Below, piece after piece: positions 18,746-30,397 of a stretch of DNA of 64,000 bases. The stretch's first letter is position 1. Every line of letters starts with the position of its first letter. Under the pieces are notes generated by a model. It saw only the letters and a program-made list of their open reading frames with translations, made no database searches and had not been told where the DNA came from. Source of the DNA: an uncultured Candidatus Saccharibacteria bacterium (GTDB lineage: Bacteria; Patescibacteriota; Minisyncoccia; Phycocordibacterales; UBA9973); the NCBI GenBank assembly GCA_964544225.1, contig CAZIZK010000002.1:69452-133451 (forward strand), in the 5' to 3' direction. The position numbers and the translations under genes are program-made.

Positions 18746-19153
18746 ATGATAAAGGCTCGAACAAACGACATAGCACACGCAATACACGAAGCAGTAAAAG
18801 GCAAGAAAGGTGCCGAGCTTGAAGCGGTGCTTGAAAATGTTGCAAAGTTCTTGGCCAAGAATAGGTTACTAAAGAAGAAAGAGGAAATAATAAATAAACT
18901 CGAGATTTTACAAAATAAAGAGGAAGGACGGATAAAAGTAAGTTTACAAAGTAGGCATAAATTGAAAAAGGAAAATATTGCAGACATAAATCATTTCTTG
19001 AAGAATCATTACAAAGCTGAAGAGATAGATATAGATGAAAGTGTGGACGAGAGTTTGATAGGCGGAGTAAGGATACAAGTAGGCAACGACATTATAGACA
19101 TGACACTGAGCAACCAGATAAAACAATTAAAAAATTATTTATTACAAAATTAA
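18746..19153 (+). CDS. atpH: F0F1 ATP synthase subunit delta (short OSCP)
   Basis: C-terminal GGVRIQVGNDIIDMTLSNQIKQL matches the delta/OSCP signature. Confidence 0.7.
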   Translation: MIKARTNDIAHAIHEAVKGKKGAELEAVLENVAKFLAKNRLLKKKEEIINKLEILQNKEEGRIKVSLQSRHKLKKENIADINHFLKNHYKAEEIDIDESVDESLIGGVRIQVGNDIIDMTLSNQIKQLKNYLLQN

Positions 19154-19165
19154 TACAATACCAAT

Positions 19166-20668
19166 ATGACAAAAAATAACATAGTAGAAAATTTAAGAAA
19201 GCAGATTGAACATTTCAATACCGACATGAAGGTAGAAAAGGTTGGTCATGTTGTAGAAGTATTCGACGGTATTGCAAAGGTGTCAGGACTATCTGATGTA
19301 AAGGTGTCAGAAATGGTGACTTTCGCAGGTGGTGAAGTGGGCGTAGCCTTGAACCTCGAAGAGGATTTCGTAGGTATCATCATATTGTCAGACTTTTCAA
19401 ATATTAAAGAGGGTGATGAAGTTCGTGCAACAGGTAAAATATTGGAAGTAGGTGTTGCCGACGAACTTGTAGGCCGTGTGGTAAATGCCCTAGGTGAAGC
19501 TATCGATGGCAAAGGTGCTATAAAGGCTACAGCTTATAACCCGATAGAAAAGGTGGCTCCAGGTGTGGTTACTCGCCAGAGTGTGGACCAGCCAGTTCAG
19601 ACTGGTATCAAGGCTATCGACGCTATTATCCCTATCGGCCGTGGTCAGCGCGAGCTTATCATTGGTGACCGCCAGACAGGTAAGACTGCTATCGCTATAG
19701 ACGCTATATTGAACCAAAAAGGGCAAAACATGATCTGTGTTTATGTATCTATCGGTCAGAAGGATTCCAAACTTCGCAAACTACAATCACGTCTAGAGGA
19801 GGGTGGTGCTATGGATTATACAATCATTGTTTCTGCAGGTGCATCTGAGCCTACATCTTTGTCATATATTGCACCATATACAGGTGTAGCTATCGCTGAA
19901 TACTTTATGGACAAAGGTCAAGATGTATTGATAATCTACGACGATCTTTCAAAGCACGCTGTTGCGTACCGTGAAATATCACTTCTACTTCGCCGCCCAC
20001 CAGGACGCGAAGCTTACCCTGGAGACGTGTTCTACCTACACTCACGCTTGCTCGAGCGTGCATGTCGCAGGAATAAAGAGTACGGTGGTGGATCTATCAC
20101 AGCATTGCCTATTATCGAGACTCAGGCTGGAGACATCTCTGCATACATTCCTACAAACGTGATCTCTATTACTGATGGACAGATCTTCCTAGAAACAGAT
20201 CTATTCTACAAAGGTGTTCGCCCTGCGGTGAACGTCGGGTTCTCTGTGTCACGTGTGGGTTCATCTGCTCAGATCAAAGCTATGAAGAAGGTGGCTGGTA
20301 CATTGAAGCTTGACCTTGCACAATTCCGTGAATTGGAAGCCTTTTCACAATTCGGTTCCGACCTTGATGATGCTACAAAGCGCCAGCTAGAACGCGGCAA
20401 GAGGGCTGTGGAAGTTCTTAAACAGCCACAATACGCACCGGTAGTAGTACAGCATCAGGTAGCTGTTATGTACGCACTTGTAAAAGGCTACATGGATGAT
20501 GTGCCATTGGATATGATCAAGAAGTTCGAGCAAGAATTGGTGGAGTACACAGAGCGTGCAGTACCAAACTTCTTCAAAGAAGTAGTAGAGAAGGGTATGT
20601 ACAGTGAGGAGAGTGAAGAAGCTTTCAAAAACGTAATCGTAGAATTCAAAACAAACTTCTTGAAATAA
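19166..20668 (+). CDS. atpA: F0F1 ATP synthase subunit alpha
   Basis: Walker A GDRQTGKT and highly conserved alpha-subunit sequence throughout. Confidence 0.95.
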   Translation: MTKNNIVENLRKQIEHFNTDMKVEKVGHVVEVFDGIAKVSGLSDVKVSEMVTFAGGEVGVALNLEEDFVGIIILSDFSNIKEGDEVRATGKILEVGVADELVGRVVNALGEAIDGKGAIKATAYNPIEKVAPGVVTRQSVDQPVQTGIKAIDAIIPIGRGQRELIIGDRQTGKTAIAIDAILNQKGQNMICVYVSIGQKDSKLRKLQSRLEEGGAMDYTIIVSAGASEPTSLSYIAPYTGVAIAEYFMDKGQDVLIIYDDLSKHAVAYREISLLLRRPPGREAYPGDVFYLHSRLLERACRRNKEYGGGSITALPIIETQAGDISAYIPTNVISITDGQIFLETDLFYKGVRPAVNVGFSVSRVGSSAQIKAMKKVAGTLKLDLAQFRELEAFSQFGSDLDDATKRQLERGKRAVEVLKQPQYAPVVVQHQVAVMYALVKGYMDDVPLDMIKKFEQELVEYTERAVPNFFKEVVEKGMYSEESEEAFKNVIVEFKTNFLK

Positions 20669-20679
20669 TAATTTAATTT

Positions 20680-21588
20680 ATGGCATCAGGTAAAGAAATT
20701 AAAAACCGAATAAAGAGTGTAAAGAACACAAAGAAGATCACAAAGGCTATGGAACTTGTGGCGGCTTCAAAGATGAAGCGCGCAGTGTCATCTACACTTG
20801 CATCACGTTTGTATGCACAATACTCTTGGGAGGTTCTGACATCTTTGGCAAACAGTAGTGAGGAGATACAGCACCCACTTTTCAATAAAAGAGAGGTAAA
20901 GAATATATTGCTAGTATTGATCACTTCAAACCGTGGACTATGTGGTGCTTACAATGCCCAGGTGATAAAGAAGACTCTGGCACTATTGCGCGCAGACAAT
21001 GGTGATGCGAATATTGATATTATAACTATTGGTCGCAAGGGCGACACAGCTATGCGCCGAATCGGCCGCAATATAATAGCAAGCTTTACTGAACTACCAG
21101 ACAATGTAAAATTGTCAGACACACGACCAGTATCGAGCCTAGCATTAGCCGAGTTTAAGAATGGTAATTATGATCAGGTGATGGTGGCTTATACAGACTT
21201 TGTTTCCGCATTAACTCAGAAGCCAAATATTAAACAAATCCTTCCAATATCAAAAGATTATATAAAGGAACTGATAGACACACTAGGTGACAATGAAAAG
21301 GATAAGGTAGAGGAAAAGGCTGAAAAGCAAAATGATTATTTATTTGAAGGGAACAAGGTTGTATTACTAGACACACTAGCAGACAAGATATCCCAGATGC
21401 AGATCTATCAGATGCTCCTTGAGTCCAATGCTTCTGAACAATCATCCCGAATGGTCGCCATGAAGAATGCAAGCGAGGCTGCCGGCGAGATGATCGATGA
21501 CCTAACACTGGTATTCAACAAAGCCCGCCAAGCGTCGATCACGCAGGAGATATCAGAGATAAGTGCCGGTATGGCAAGTGTAAGTTAA
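20680..21588 (+). CDS. atpG: F0F1 ATP synthase subunit gamma
   Basis: MASGKEIKNRIKSVKNTKKITKAMELVAASKMKRA is a classic gamma N-terminus. Confidence 0.9.
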   Translation: MASGKEIKNRIKSVKNTKKITKAMELVAASKMKRAVSSTLASRLYAQYSWEVLTSLANSSEEIQHPLFNKREVKNILLVLITSNRGLCGAYNAQVIKKTLALLRADNGDANIDIITIGRKGDTAMRRIGRNIIASFTELPDNVKLSDTRPVSSLALAEFKNGNYDQVMVAYTDFVSALTQKPNIKQILPISKDYIKELIDTLGDNEKDKVEEKAEKQNDYLFEGNKVVLLDTLADKISQMQIYQMLLESNASEQSSRMVAMKNASEAAGEMIDDLTLVFNKARQASITQEISEISAGMASVS

Positions 21589-22983
<1,395 letters not shown>

Positions 22984-23007
22984 ATAATTACGAATTTCAA
23001 ATTACGG

Positions 23008-23454
23008 ATGAATAAAAAAATATTATTAAAAATAGTCACACCGGAAAAGTTGGTCCTCGAAGAAGAGGTAGACCAAGTTACTTTCCCTACATCAGAAGGG
23101 GAGCTGACAATACTACCAGAACATATTCCACTAGTTGCATCTCTTGCATCTGGTGATGTGGTTGCAAAGGTAAATGATGAGTCTGTACCTATGGCTGTAT
23201 CTGGTGGGTTCGTCGAGGTAAAGAATGATATAAACAACAATACTGTGGTTGCAATCTTGGCCGACTTTGCTGAACATGTTGCCGATATGACAGACGACGC
23301 TATCAGTCAGGCCCGTGCCCGTTCCGAGGAACTCAGAAAGTTGGCCGAGGACAAAGGTACTGTGGACTTTGAACACTTTGCAACAGAATTGGAAAGGTCA
23401 CTAACCCGTGTAAAAATAGCCGATAAGTGGAAGAGCAAGAAGTATCGCAAATAA
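23008..23454 (+). CDS. atpC: F0F1 ATP synthase subunit epsilon
   Basis: Beta-sandwich N-terminus (LKIVTPEK..) plus helical C-terminus. Last gene of the operon. Confidence 0.85.
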   Translation: MNKKILLKIVTPEKLVLEEEVDQVTFPTSEGELTILPEHIPLVASLASGDVVAKVNDESVPMAVSGGFVEVKNDINNNTVVAILADFAEHVADMTDDAISQARARSEELRKLAEDKGTVDFEHFATELERSLTRVKIADKWKSKKYRK

Positions 23455-23465
23455 TATAAAAATAA

Positions 23466-23508
23466 AAATACCGTAAGCTTTCATCCCTGAAAACTTACGG
23501 TATTTTTT
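23466..23508. terminator. Bidirectional terminator after the atp operon
   Basis: aaaataccgtaag..cttacggtatttttt perfect stem with flanking A-run and T-run. Confidence 0.7.
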
Positions 23509-23511
23509 AAT

Positions 23512-24138
23512 TTAACTTTGTTGATATTTTAATATTTCCGTTAATGTCTTAAAATCATCATCATCATCTGCTGTTTCTGGTAAAATCACTTCTTTGATTT
23601 CGTATTGAAGTTTATTTACCTCGGCTTGAGTAAAGTTGTATTCTTTTATTAGTCGCTTCAATTCGTGTTCAAATTGAAACAATGAAGAAATATCTTCACT
23701 AACCTTTTTTGTTTCTTCACCACTGGCATCTTTTACTTTGAAATAAATTCGAACAAAAGGACCCTCTAATTCATCAAAATATCCAATGCCTGGAAAATTT
23801 ACAATTTTTGAAGAAACAATTTCATTTTCAATTTCTTCGCATATTGTAGCGACTCTATCTAGAAAAGATTGTTCTTCGTAGATCCTGTAGTATCCACTAC
23901 TCTCATTTAAAGAAGATAAATTTGGCAATTCTAGGCCAATAATATTCATAAATAATTCAAATGCATTTCCATAAGACATTTTTCTATTTCGTAATAATTC
24001 AGAGACTAAATCACAAAGATCTTCTTTGTTGTAGTGAACAGAACTCTCGTAGTCACTAGTTGTGTCAACGATTTTGTAACCTAGCTCCATTTCGTCTTCT
24101 GAAACGACAAAGCTTACTTTTTCATTTAATTTATCCAT
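23512..24138 (-). CDS. Hypothetical acidic protein
   Basis: 208 aa ORF. No recognisable motif. C-terminal DDDDD. Confidence 0.4.
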   Translation of the reverse strand: MDKLNEKVSFVVSEDEMELGYKIVDTTSDYESSVHYNKEDLCDLVSELLRNRKMSYGNAFELFMNIIGLELPNLSSLNESSGYYRIYEEQSFLDRVATICEEIENEIVSSKIVNFPGIGYFDELEGPFVRIYFKVKDASGEETKKVSEDISSLFQFEHELKRLIKEYNFTQAEVNKLQYEIKEVILPETADDDDDFKTLTEILKYQQS

Positions 24139-24216
24139 AGCTATAAAGATTTTTTCTTCATTCTATACTTAAAATAGGCTTTGTCAATAAAGTACTTTTT
24201 TGCTATAATTTGGCCC

Positions 24217-25173
24217 ATGAGACAGATATATCAAATACTTTTATACTATAAATATGTGCATGTAGACGACCCTAAAATGCTTCGGGATCTGCAATTTCAC
24301 CTATGTCAGGACTTGGATATGCGTGGGCGCATAATAGTGGCTCATGAGGGCATAAATGGCACTGTAGAGGGGACTGTAGATGCTTGTGTCGAGTATATGA
24401 GGGTTATGAAGGCCGACCCACGTTTTGCCGATATACACTGGAAGATCAGCGATGGAACAGCCGACGGCACCGCCTTTCCAAGGCTATCAGTAAAGACACG
24501 CCCCGAGATAGTATCACTACACTTAGGTGATGAAGAGGATATCGACCCGAACCAACTAACAGGTGTGCACCTAAAGCCTGAACAGTTGAGGCAGTGGTAT
24601 GAAAGTGGCGAGGAATTCCACATAGTAGATATGCGCAATGAATACGAGCTACGTGTTGGTAAGTTCGAAGGTACCGTATTCCCAGATCTTGATAATTTCC
24701 GTGATTTGAAGAAGAACTTGAAGAAACTAGAAGGACTGAAGGACAAGAAGGTCCTAACTGTTTGTACTGGTGGCGTGCGTTGCGAAAAGGCTTCAGGGTT
24801 ACTTGTTCGCGAAGGGTTCAAAGATGTCTATCAGCTCGATGGTGGTATGGTCAGTTATATGGAGAAATACCCAGGGCAGGACTTCAAAGGTTCACTATAT
24901 GTATTCGACAAGCGCAATGTAATGCACTTCGAAGATCCGGATAAGCACGAAATCATCGGCCGTTGCGCCAAGTGTGGTGTTCCTAGCGAGCATTATGTAA
25001 ACTGTGCGAACCTCATGTGCCACGACCACTTCATCTGTTGCGAGGATTGTCTAGAAGAACCTATTGGTAACCATCCATCGGGTGGGGTAGCGTATTGCGA
25101 CTGGAAATGTAATTTAAAATGGAAGCTCTATAATAAAAAGAACAATTTTTTTAAAAAGTTTGCCCACAAATAA
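24217..25173 (+). CDS. trhO: tRNA uridine(34) hydroxylase TrhO (UPF0176/YceA, rhodanese-domain protein)
   Basis: RGRIIVAHEGINGTVEG N-terminal signature. Rhodanese CTGGVRCEK. C-terminal Cys-rich Zn finger. Start taken at MRQIYQILLYYKY (ORF caller start 24181). Confidence 0.75.
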   Translation: MRQIYQILLYYKYVHVDDPKMLRDLQFHLCQDLDMRGRIIVAHEGINGTVEGTVDACVEYMRVMKADPRFADIHWKISDGTADGTAFPRLSVKTRPEIVSLHLGDEEDIDPNQLTGVHLKPEQLRQWYESGEEFHIVDMRNEYELRVGKFEGTVFPDLDNFRDLKKNLKKLEGLKDKKVLTVCTGGVRCEKASGLLVREGFKDVYQLDGGMVSYMEKYPGQDFKGSLYVFDKRNVMHFEDPDKHEIIGRCAKCGVPSEHYVNCANLMCHDHFICCEDCLEEPIGNHPSGGVAYCDWKCNLKWKLYNKKNNFFKKFAHK

Positions 25174-25796
25174 TGCAAGATTTTACAAAAAAAGAAATAG
25201 CACTGTTTAGAAAGTTAAATACACCGGCAAAGGTGCAGGACTTCCTAAATACTATTCCTTTCAATTTTGAAGAAGACGGCAAAGATGTTATAAAGTCACC
25301 ACTTCATGTAATACGTACTAACAATGCTCACTGTATCGAGGGGGCAATACTTGGTGCATATATACTGTCACTACACAGTCACAAGCCGTATATTATGAAT
25401 CTGCGTACAACTGCCCATGATCTAGAGCATGTGATAGTGCCTTTCAAGGTGGGCGGACTGTGGGGTTGTCTGTCAAAAACGAATCATGCAGTACTTCGCT
25501 ATCGTGACCCAGTTTACAAGACCATCCGCGAGTTGGTTATGTCGTATTTCAACGAGTATTATCTAGATGATGGCACCAAGACTCTGCGCCAATATTCAAA
25601 CCTAGTAAATTTAAATATTTTCAAGGATGATTGGTACAAGGCTGACTATGATTTGTGGAGTATCGACGATGAATTGGATAGTGCTATGTATCATGACATT
25701 GCACCAAAAAATATTTTGAAGAACTTACGCAAAGCAGACCCTATAGAGCGTGAGGCTGGTAAATTGATGAATTGGAAAAAGGGTAATATGTGTTAA
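25173..25796 (+). CDS. Hypothetical protein (possible Cys/His hydrolase fold)
   Basis: 207 aa ORF with conserved-looking NAHCIEGAILGAYIL and DLEHV segments. No confident family assignment. Confidence 0.4.
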   Translation: MQDFTKKEIALFRKLNTPAKVQDFLNTIPFNFEEDGKDVIKSPLHVIRTNNAHCIEGAILGAYILSLHSHKPYIMNLRTTAHDLEHVIVPFKVGGLWGCLSKTNHAVLRYRDPVYKTIRELVMSYFNEYYLDDGTKTLRQYSNLVNLNIFKDDWYKADYDLWSIDDELDSAMYHDIAPKNILKNLRKADPIEREAGKLMNWKKGNMC

Positions 25797-25807
25797 TATA
25801 TATATAT
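25797..25807. repeat. (TA)5 tract abutting the start codon of the paralogous surface protein
   Basis: tatatatatat precedes and overlaps ATG 25806. Homologous to the (TA)9 at 3809-3827. Confidence 0.9.
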
Positions 25808-27746
25808 GAATTCAAACAATAAATTAAAACAAATATCTAGAAATATATTATTTATATTTTCTTTTCTATCATTAGTTTTACCAACGAGTGTGTTTGCTGC
25901 TGCTGGTACTCCTGATACTACATTTACCACAAATATGGGTGATCCAGGGCTTGATAATGTTGTACGTGCTTCTGTTGTATTGTCTAATGACAAAATAGTT
26001 GTTGGAGGGTCTTTTAATTATTTAAATGACATAATAGATGCAAATTATGTTGCTGGGTTTAATAGTGATGGAACTCCGGATACTACATTTAATACAAATC
26101 TTGGGACAGGCTTTAGTGATGCTGTATATGCTATGGCTGTTCAATCTGATGATAAAATAGTTGTAGGAGGGTCTTTTACTGGTATAAATGGAACAACAAG
26201 CAATCGTATAGCTCGATTAAACAGTGACGGAACACTTGATACTACTTTTACCACAAATATTGGCACAGGATTTGGAGCTACTCGTGTAAACACTATCGCT
26301 ATCCAGTCTGACGGCAAGATAGTTGTTGGAGGTTCGTTTAGTACTATAAACGGGGTGACAAGTAACCGTATCGCTCGATTAAACAGCGACGGAACTCCAG
26401 ATACTACCTTTACCACTAATATCGGTACAGGGTTTGGTAGTAGCGTGTATCGTGTAGGGATACAGTCTGATGGTAAAATAATTGCTGGAGGAATATTTAG
26501 TACTCTTAATGATGTATCTACTACTACTATAGCTCGATTAAACAGCGACGGTACTCCTGATACTACATTTACCACAAATATTGGTACAGGATTTGATAAT
26601 GATGTACAAACATTAGCGGTTTTATCTAATGATAAGATCGTTGTCGGTGGATTAATAGAAAATTTTAATGGCACGAGTATACATTTCTTTACTGGGTTAA
26701 ATAGTGATGGTACATTAGATACAACATTTAATACAAATCTTGGGACAGGCTTTGGTAATTTCGTAGAGACCATCGCTATCCAATCTGACAATAAAATAAT
26801 AGTAGGAGGGTCTTTTACTACAATTAACGGTGTAACTAGTAACCGTATTGCAAGGTTAAGTAGTGTTGGAATCCCAGATACTACCTTTACCACTAATATC
26901 GGTACAGGGTTTGATGGAACAACACGCACGATTGCTTTCCAATCTGATGGTAAAATAATCGTTGGAGGGGCTTTTGGTTCTGTAAATAGTGTAACTAGTA
27001 ATTACGTTGCTCGTCTTGATGGTGATGTATTTGCTCCTACTGTCACTACTGGTTCAAGCTCGGCTATTACCACAACTACTGCAACCCTTGCCGGTAATAT
27101 AACAGTCACCGGTGGTGAGAATAGTACAACTCGTGGAGTCGAATATGGTCTAACAACAGGTTATGGTACAACTTCATCAGCTTCAGGAAGCTTCAGTACA
27201 GGTGCGTATACTACCGACATCACCGGTCTTACTTGTGGCACTACATACCACTATCGTGCGTATAGTACAAATACTGCAGGTACTGGTACAGGTAGTGATG
27301 ATACATTTACCACATCTACTTGTCCTGTAGTTGCAAGTACTAACAATACTTCTTCTGGGTCATCTGCCGGATCTCGAGCTTCCAACCTATTTGCTATGGG
27401 TAAAGTAACTGAAGCAAATAAAATACTGCAACAATTCCCAAATGCTATAAATGAAATCAAAGATGCAAATACAAAGAATGCTCTATCAAATACAAATACT
27501 GAAAATTCTAATTCTAATATTTCTGGATCAAAGATAACAAAGAAGTTGATTAAAGGTATGAAAGATAATGAAGTAAAGATACTTCAAACAGTTCTAAACA
27601 AAGTATTAAAACTCGGTTTAACTGTAGATGGTGTATTCGGTCAGAAGACCAAAGATGCTGTTATGCAATTCCAAAAAGCTAATAATCTAAAGGCCGATGG
27701 GGTAGTGGGGCCTATAACAAGAGGTGTTTTAAATAAATTACTATAA
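25806..27746 (+). CDS. Secreted surface protein with delta-60-like beta-propeller repeats, one Fn3-like module and a C-terminal peptidoglycan-binding domain
   Basis: N-terminus MNSNNKLKQI is near-identical to the 3826 gene. About nine repeats of roughly 60 aa (GTPDTTFTTNIGTGFG..IQSDGKIVVGGSF..INGVTSNRIARLNSDG). Fn3-like GLTCGTTYHYRAYSTN. The C-terminal PG_binding_1 is about 70% identical to that of the 3826 protein. Confidence 0.7.
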   Translation: MNSNNKLKQISRNILFIFSFLSLVLPTSVFAAAGTPDTTFTTNMGDPGLDNVVRASVVLSNDKIVVGGSFNYLNDIIDANYVAGFNSDGTPDTTFNTNLGTGFSDAVYAMAVQSDDKIVVGGSFTGINGTTSNRIARLNSDGTLDTTFTTNIGTGFGATRVNTIAIQSDGKIVVGGSFSTINGVTSNRIARLNSDGTPDTTFTTNIGTGFGSSVYRVGIQSDGKIIAGGIFSTLNDVSTTTIARLNSDGTPDTTFTTNIGTGFDNDVQTLAVLSNDKIVVGGLIENFNGTSIHFFTGLNSDGTLDTTFNTNLGTGFGNFVETIAIQSDNKIIVGGSFTTINGVTSNRIARLSSVGIPDTTFTTNIGTGFDGTTRTIAFQSDGKIIVGGAFGSVNSVTSNYVARLDGDVFAPTVTTGSSSAITTTTATLAGNITVTGGENSTTRGVEYGLTTGYGTTSSASGSFSTGAYTTDITGLTCGTTYHYRAYSTNTAGTGTGSDDTFTTSTCPVVASTNNTSSGSSAGSRASNLFAMGKVTEANKILQQFPNAINEIKDANTKNALSNTNTENSNSNISGSKITKKLIKGMKDNEVKILQTVLNKVLKLGLTVDGVFGQKTKDAVMQFQKANNLKADGVVGPITRGVLNKLL

Positions 27747-27830
27747 TTTATTTGCAAATTGATAGATTGGAAAAAGGGTACAAAGGGGGTATAATAGGGG
27801 TATTAAAAGCTTAATAAAGAATTTTATTTT

Positions 27831-28193
27831 ATGACAACATCTATGGCATTAACATTTCTTGGACGTATATTGTTTGGTTTATATTTCATGTACAGTGGTT
27901 ACAATCATTTCAAGCATGTAAAACATACATCTGAATATGCAAAGATGAAGGGCGTTCCAATGCCTCGTGAAGCAACACTTATAACTGGGTTGTTGATGAT
28001 ATTAGGAGGTCTAGGATTCTTCTTGAATGTTGGTATTGGTGCATCTGCTGTATTACTCCTTGTATTCATGGTACCTACAACATTTATCATGCACCAGTTC
28101 TGGAAGATAAAGGACCCTGCACACCAAATGGGCGAGAAGATCAACTTCCTAAAGAACCTAGCTCTAATCGGCTCATTGCTAATGTTGATGTAA
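27831..28193 (+). CDS. DoxX family membrane protein
   Basis: 120 aa with 4 TM and DoxX-like LGRILFGLYFMYSGYNHF. Preceded by a GGTATAAT -10. Confidence 0.65.
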   Translation: MTTSMALTFLGRILFGLYFMYSGYNHFKHVKHTSEYAKMKGVPMPREATLITGLLMILGGLGFFLNVGIGASAVLLLVFMVPTTFIMHQFWKIKDPAHQMGEKINFLKNLALIGSLLMLM

Positions 28194-28211
28194 TTCAATA
28201 GTTTTCGTTCA

Positions 28212-28904
28212 ATGAATAATGAAATAGGAACTTTATACATAGTGGCAACCCCGATAGGTAACATGGAAGACATGACCTATCGGGGTTGTCGTGTATTAAA
28301 AGAGGTGGATTGTATATTGTGCGAAGACACTCGCACCACTGGCAAACTCTTGGCAAAATACGATATAAAGAACAAGACCATGAGCTACCACGCCCACAGT
28401 TCAAAGGGTAAGGAAAACGTGATCATAGAAATGCTAAAAGAGGGTAAGAACCTGGCCCTAGTATCTGATGCAGGTACACCATGCATATCGGACCCAGGTG
28501 TCATGCTAGTTGCCCAGGTCCGATCCGAGTTTGGATCCGATGCAAAGGTGGTTCCAATACCTGGGGCTTCGGCACTAGTGTCTGCAATATCTGCATCTGG
28601 AGTATCGGCATCGTCTTTTGTCTTCCTCGGTTTCCTGCCACACAAGAAGGGTAGGGAGACATTATTTAAAGAGATATCGACTATGGATAGAACTGTCGTC
28701 TTCTACGAATCCTCACACCGTATTATAAAGACTCTTGAATCATTGTCCGAGTATTGTCCGGCAAAAAATATAGTTGTCGCGCGCGAGATAACCAAGATGT
28801 TCGAGGAATTTACCTCTGGTACACCTCTTGAAGTTCTAAAACATACACAGTCAGATGTCAATAAACAAAAAGGTGAGTTCGTGGTCATTGTAGAGTCAAA
28901 GTAA
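28212..28904 (+). CDS. rsmI: 16S rRNA (cytidine1402-2'-O)-methyltransferase
   Basis: LYIVATPIGNMEDMTYRGCRVLKEVDCILCEDTRTTGKLL is the RsmI/tetrapyrrole-methylase signature. Confidence 0.85.
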   Translation: MNNEIGTLYIVATPIGNMEDMTYRGCRVLKEVDCILCEDTRTTGKLLAKYDIKNKTMSYHAHSSKGKENVIIEMLKEGKNLALVSDAGTPCISDPGVMLVAQVRSEFGSDAKVVPIPGASALVSAISASGVSASSFVFLGFLPHKKGRETLFKEISTMDRTVVFYESSHRIIKTLESLSEYCPAKNIVVAREITKMFEEFTSGTPLEVLKHTQSDVNKQKGEFVVIVESK

Positions 28905-28922
28905 ATAAGATATAATTAGAAT

Positions 28923-29150
28923 ATGAAAAAAGAAAGAACACTATTTTTTATTGGTTTGTGGGTTGCGATACTACCATATCTTGGTTTTCCAACATCTTTT
29001 AGAAAGATACTATTTGTAATAACTGGTTTGGTTATTATTTATTTCTCATACATGCTACGCAAGAAGGCAAAGGAAGAGGCTCAGGTTATGCAAAAGGAAG
29101 ACAACAGCAAGATGAATACTTTTGTTGATAATATAGGTAATACTGCATAA
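28923..29150 (+). CDS. Small membrane protein
   Basis: 75 aa with 2 predicted TM. Confidence 0.35.
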   Translation: MKKERTLFFIGLWVAILPYLGFPTSFRKILFVITGLVIIYFSYMLRKKAKEEAQVMQKEDNSKMNTFVDNIGNTA

Positions 29151-30370
29151 TGCCTAAGAATAATTTTAAAATTTTTATAATCACAGTGGTTATCATCGGA
29201 GGTGCCACTGTTGTTTATTTCTCACTACCTTATGTATTCACTAAATCATACTCTATTCATAATAAAGAAATAGATAATAAAGATGATGTAAGCAAAGATC
29301 AGATTTTAGGTGCAAGTGTAAACACTGCCACTGTAAATGGTGTGGCCAACCCATCGGCTATTGTGGTCACACATATCAAGACCCCTGACCCACTCAAAGC
29401 TGTATACATATCAGCCTGGGTCGCTGGGTCACCTAACCTTCGTGATAAAATAATCAACATGATAGACACTACCGAGATCAATGCTGTCGTGATAGATGTA
29501 AAAGACTCTACCGGTAAAATCAGCTTTCCTGTAGATAACCCCGATCTTGCCAAGTTCGGCTCAACTGAGAAACGCATAAAGAATGCAAAAGAATTAGTAG
29601 ACATGTTCCACAAGAAGAATATATATGTCATCGGCCGTGTATCAGTATTTCAGGACCCATACATGACAGGCCACAAGCCAGAGTGGGCAGTAACACGCAA
29701 AAGTGATGGTAAGGTCTGGAAGGATCGAAAAGGCCTATCCTTTATGGACCCATCTAAACAAGAAGTTTGGGATTATAATCTTGCAATCATAAAAGACGCA
29801 TATGCTCAAGGGTTCGATGAGTTAAATCTGGATTATATCCGCTACCCATCAGATGGCAATATAAAAGATATAAATTATCACCTAGTCGATGGTAAAACAC
29901 GAGCAGACAATATAAAATCTTTTTTTGAATACATAAATCGTGAAGCAAAGAAGGATAACCCAATAGTATTGTCAGCAGACTTGTTTGGACTCGTTACTGT
30001 TACCACATCTGCAACCGATGATCTAGGTATCGGTCAGATACTAGAACATGCTTTACTTCATTTTGACTATGTTGCACCTATGGTGTACCCGTCACATTAT
30101 GCTACTGGCTGGCACAATTTCAAGAACCCGGCAGTTCACCCATACGATGTTATCAAGATATCTATGGACAGTGCTGTAGTCAAAGCAAAAGCTATCAACG
30201 TTCCTGCAAGTAAATTGCGTCCATGGCTACAAGACTTTGACATGGGGGCAAAGTATACACCCGACATGGTAAGGGCACAGATAAAGGCTACAAATGACGC
30301 AGGGCTAACATCGTGGATGCTATGGGACCCAGCGAATACTTATACAGTTTCTGCTCTTGAAATTAATTAG
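29150..30370 (+). CDS. Putative glycoside hydrolase-like protein (TIM-barrel, DUF4015/GHL-type)
   Basis: N-terminal TM. The ..AVVIDVKD..GRVSVFQDP..GFDELNLDYIRYP pattern resembles the putative glycosyl hydrolase DUF4015. Confidence 0.45.
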   Translation: MPKNNFKIFIITVVIIGGATVVYFSLPYVFTKSYSIHNKEIDNKDDVSKDQILGASVNTATVNGVANPSAIVVTHIKTPDPLKAVYISAWVAGSPNLRDKIINMIDTTEINAVVIDVKDSTGKISFPVDNPDLAKFGSTEKRIKNAKELVDMFHKKNIYVIGRVSVFQDPYMTGHKPEWAVTRKSDGKVWKDRKGLSFMDPSKQEVWDYNLAIIKDAYAQGFDELNLDYIRYPSDGNIKDINYHLVDGKTRADNIKSFFEYINREAKKDNPIVLSADLFGLVTVTTSATDDLGIGQILEHALLHFDYVAPMVYPSHYATGWHNFKNPAVHPYDVIKISMDSAVVKAKAINVPASKLRPWLQDFDMGAKYTPDMVRAQIKATNDAGLTSWMLWDPANTYTVSALEIN

Positions 30371-30397
30371 AATAATTGCGATACTTAATTCAATATT